NCBI GenBank assembly: GCA_963664815.2
Contig: CAXXHB010000002.1
Span: forward strand, 352,001-416,000
DNA length: 64,000 nucleotides
Origin: Spirochaetota bacterium
GTDB taxonomy: Bacteria; Spirochaetota; UBA4802; UBA5550
Direction of reading: 5' to 3'
The notes beneath the pieces were generated by a model, which had not been told where the DNA came from, ran no database searches, and saw only the letters and a list, made by a program, of their open reading frames with translations. The position numbers and the translations under genes are program-made. Each line of letters begins with the position of its first letter. Within the stretch, counting starts at the first letter, position 1. This document shows, piece by piece, positions 61,699 to 64,000 of the stretch.

Positions 61699-63069
61699 TT
61701 GAACTGTATTTTTAAAAAAATCAGAAAAAAGGGGATATTTATATTACTTGTTCTTACACTCCTTGCATTTATTCCAGATCAGAATATTGAAGAATATGAA
61801 TTTCCTATGTTCAGAGTAGTTATTGATCCGGGGCATGGTGGAGCTTTATTGCACGACAGGAAGAAGAATGGAGATAAATTTGATATGATAAGCGCGGAAT
61901 ATCTTGATGATTATGCACCTGGTGCGTCTTATAAAGGAATTCATGAAAATAAAATTGTTTATGATATATCAATTAAAACAATTAATCTTTTGTCCTGCTG
62001 TTCGAAGAAAGGAGATTTTGAGCAGTTTAAAAAAATTCTGAAAAAGTATACAGGTAGTAATATTAAAAAAATATTTATAGAAACAATGATAAGCAGAGGT
62101 GAATCAGTAACTGAAGAGAAAATTAAAAACAGTGATGACCCCAATGCTGATTACAGGTTATATGATTTCCCCGATTCTGATGGTGACATGGTAAAAGGGC
62201 GTATATCTAAAATAAATGAATATAAGCCTCATCTTGTTGTATCTCTTCATCTGGCAGCATCGGCACCACCAGATTACAAAGGTATGAATGGCGTAATTAT
62301 TCCACCTTATAATGTATTAAAAAAAGGATTATTACGGCTTCAAACAGGGGAAACAGAAAAAAGCCTTAAAGATAATAATATTCTTCGTTCCTGGTTCAAA
62401 GAATCGGAAAAAATTTCATACAGATATGCATTTTATAAAGATGCAGCAAAATATTTTACGGGTTATGGGATAAAAAATAATTATAAAACTGATTATAATG
62501 ATTACAATGGCTATAAATATAATATGGTTAAGTGGAAATATAGCGATAGTTCTTTATGGGATATTGAAGCGGAGGATCATCAGGTAAATTCCAGATATTC
62601 TTCAGATTACAATACATTCAGGGAAGAAGGAATTTTCTGGGATAGGGAGAAATCGGTTTATGAAGAGTATCGAAGGGGTACCGGCTTTATGGATTTTGGT
62701 GGAGATAATTATTTTGCAACATATGAGATTATAAAATATATTCTTTATTCTTTGAATGATTCTGGAATAAGTAATAAGGATAAAATTCCGGGTAAACCTT
62801 TCGTTTCAACCTGGTCTGTTCCGTTACTCATTAATGCTATCAGTGCATATATTGAGTTGGGTTATCTTGACAGAAAATGGGACAGAGAAGTATTACTTCA
62901 CAGGCAGGATGAAATTGCCGAAGGTGTGGCAGTAGGAATTTATTCCTTGTTGACTGGAATAGATAATATTAAAGGAAAATTTAAATATAAGCCTTCAGGA
63001 AAATTAATTGACCTGGATAAGTACAACATTACAAAAGAAGAGAGTTATTTTAACACTGTAACGGAATAA
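61699..63069 (+). CDS. N-acetylmuramoyl-L-alanine amidase (Amidase_3) with large insertions
   Basis: VVIDPGHGG, downstream E (HENK), VSLH and YIELG zinc/catalytic residues; N-terminal TM or signal segment. Confidence 0.8.
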   Translation: MNCIFKKIRKKGIFILLVLTLLAFIPDQNIEEYEFPMFRVVIDPGHGGALLHDRKKNGDKFDMISAEYLDDYAPGASYKGIHENKIVYDISIKTINLLSCCSKKGDFEQFKKILKKYTGSNIKKIFIETMISRGESVTEEKIKNSDDPNADYRLYDFPDSDGDMVKGRISKINEYKPHLVVSLHLAASAPPDYKGMNGVIIPPYNVLKKGLLRLQTGETEKSLKDNNILRSWFKESEKISYRYAFYKDAAKYFTGYGIKNNYKTDYNDYNGYKYNMVKWKYSDSSLWDIEAEDHQVNSRYSSDYNTFREEGIFWDREKSVYEEYRRGTGFMDFGGDNYFATYEIIKYILYSLNDSGISNKDKIPGKPFVSTWSVPLLINAISAYIELGYLDRKWDREVLLHRQDEIAEGVAVGIYSLLTGIDNIKGKFKYKPSGKLIDLDKYNITKEESYFNTVTE

Positions 63070-63071
63070 GT

Positions 63072-64000
63072 ATGAAAAGATTTTTTACTCTTTTATTATT
63101 GCTTCTGACGTTTAAAGCATATGCAAATCCTGATAAGTTTAATAATTATTTTATAAGCGCTGCGTCTGTTGCAAAACCCTCTGTAGTAAATATAATCGTT
63201 TATGAAAAAAGGGAAAATGATGGAAAGGTAAAATTTTTCAGAATTTCTTACGGTACAGGAACGATAATTTCTAAAAGTGGATTTATCGTAACCAACTATC
63301 ATGTTGTAAAAAAGGGTGATATGTTTAAGGCTGTGTGCAGTGATGGAACAACTTATGAAATGCAGCATTTTCCTAATGGTAAATATTATCTTTCAGATTA
63401 TAAGACTGATCTTGCGGTTTTGAAACTTGATAACAGGGAAGATAAAAAGTTCAATCCGCTTAAACTTGGGGATTCAAATAATCTTGAAGAAGGGGAATGG
63501 GTCATAGCAATAGGGAATCCATATGGGCTTAAACAGTCAATCACAGCCGGGATTGTTTCATCTAAAGGGAGAGACAACATCGGGTTCACTGATATTGAAG
63601 ATTTTATACAGACAGATGTTTCAATTAATCCGGGAAATTCTGGAGGGCCACTTATAAACCTGAATGGTGAAATGGTTGGAATTAATACCGCTATCAGGTC
63701 GGCTTCAGGAGGATTTCAGGGAATAAGTTTTGCCATACCTTCAAACATAGTTAAGCAGGTATGTTTTGATCTGACCAGTTATGGAAGAGTAAAAAGGGGT
63801 TGGCTTGGATTTGTGGCAAGAGAAAAGAGTTTCTCTCAGGATAATGAGGGTAAATGCATTGAAGTACTTTCAGTAATACGTAACTCGCCATCAGAAACAG
63901 CGGGATTGAAACAGGGCGATATTATTAAAGAGATTGATGATGAAAAGATTGAAAGTCTTGGTTCGTTGACAAAAATAGTGGGAAAGAAGAGAGTCGGTTC
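63072..64000 (+). CDS. HtrA/DegQ serine protease with PDZ domain (3'-truncated; absent from the ORF track)
   Basis: Translated by hand: MKRFFTLLLLLLTFKAYA..., TNYHV, TDLAV, IQTDVSINPGNSGGPL, RGWLG and the start of a PDZ domain. Confidence 0.93.
   Translation, partial: MKRFFTLLLLLLTFKAYANPDKFNNYFISAASVAKPSVVNIIVYEKRENDGKVKFFRISYGTGTIISKSGFIVTNYHVVKKGDMFKAVCSDGTTYEMQHFPNGKYYLSDYKTDLAVLKLDNREDKKFNPLKLGDSNNLEEGEWVIAIGNPYGLKQSITAGIVSSKGRDNIGFTDIEDFIQTDVSINPGNSGGPLINLNGEMVGINTAIRSASGGFQGISFAIPSNIVKQVCFDLTSYGRVKRGWLGFVAREKSFSQDNEGKCIEVLSVIRNSPSETAGLKQGDIIKEIDDEKIESLGSLTKIVGKKRVG

Overview
Low-GC bacterial chromosome segment, most likely from a Leptospira-related spirochaete (LipL21-like and LipL46-like lipoproteins, unlinked 5S rRNA, dnaA-dnaN-recF-DUF721-DUF370-gyrB-gyrA order). 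It spans the probable replication origin: DnaA-trios and variant DnaA boxes (TTATHAACA) lie on both sides of dnaA. The rest is mostly housekeeping and envelope genes: purN, surE, lysS, ribF, ogt, a ccmABCDEF operon with Cys-type CcmE, uraA, ybaK, tex, rubrerythrin/rubredoxin, azlCD, two HtrA/Deg proteases, pcrA, carD-PIN/TRAM, PBP1A and an amidase. I saw no CRISPR array, transposase, integrase, prophage or recognisable defence gene. The best candidates for undescribed biology are (1) an ArsR, 8-Cys mini-protein and thioesterase module with a shared upstream motif, (2) a catalytically degenerate ACT-malic-enzyme homologue ending the carD-PIN/TRAM run, (3) a 1053-aa HEAT-repeat protein with a degenerate class III cyclase domain, (4) a ~105-nt rod-like RNA upstream of uraA, (5) an origin with non-canonical DnaA boxes and two perfect palindromes, and (6) a CDGSH Fe-S gene heading the ccm operon. 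All family assignments come from motifs read by eye and recalled family knowledge; no searches were run.
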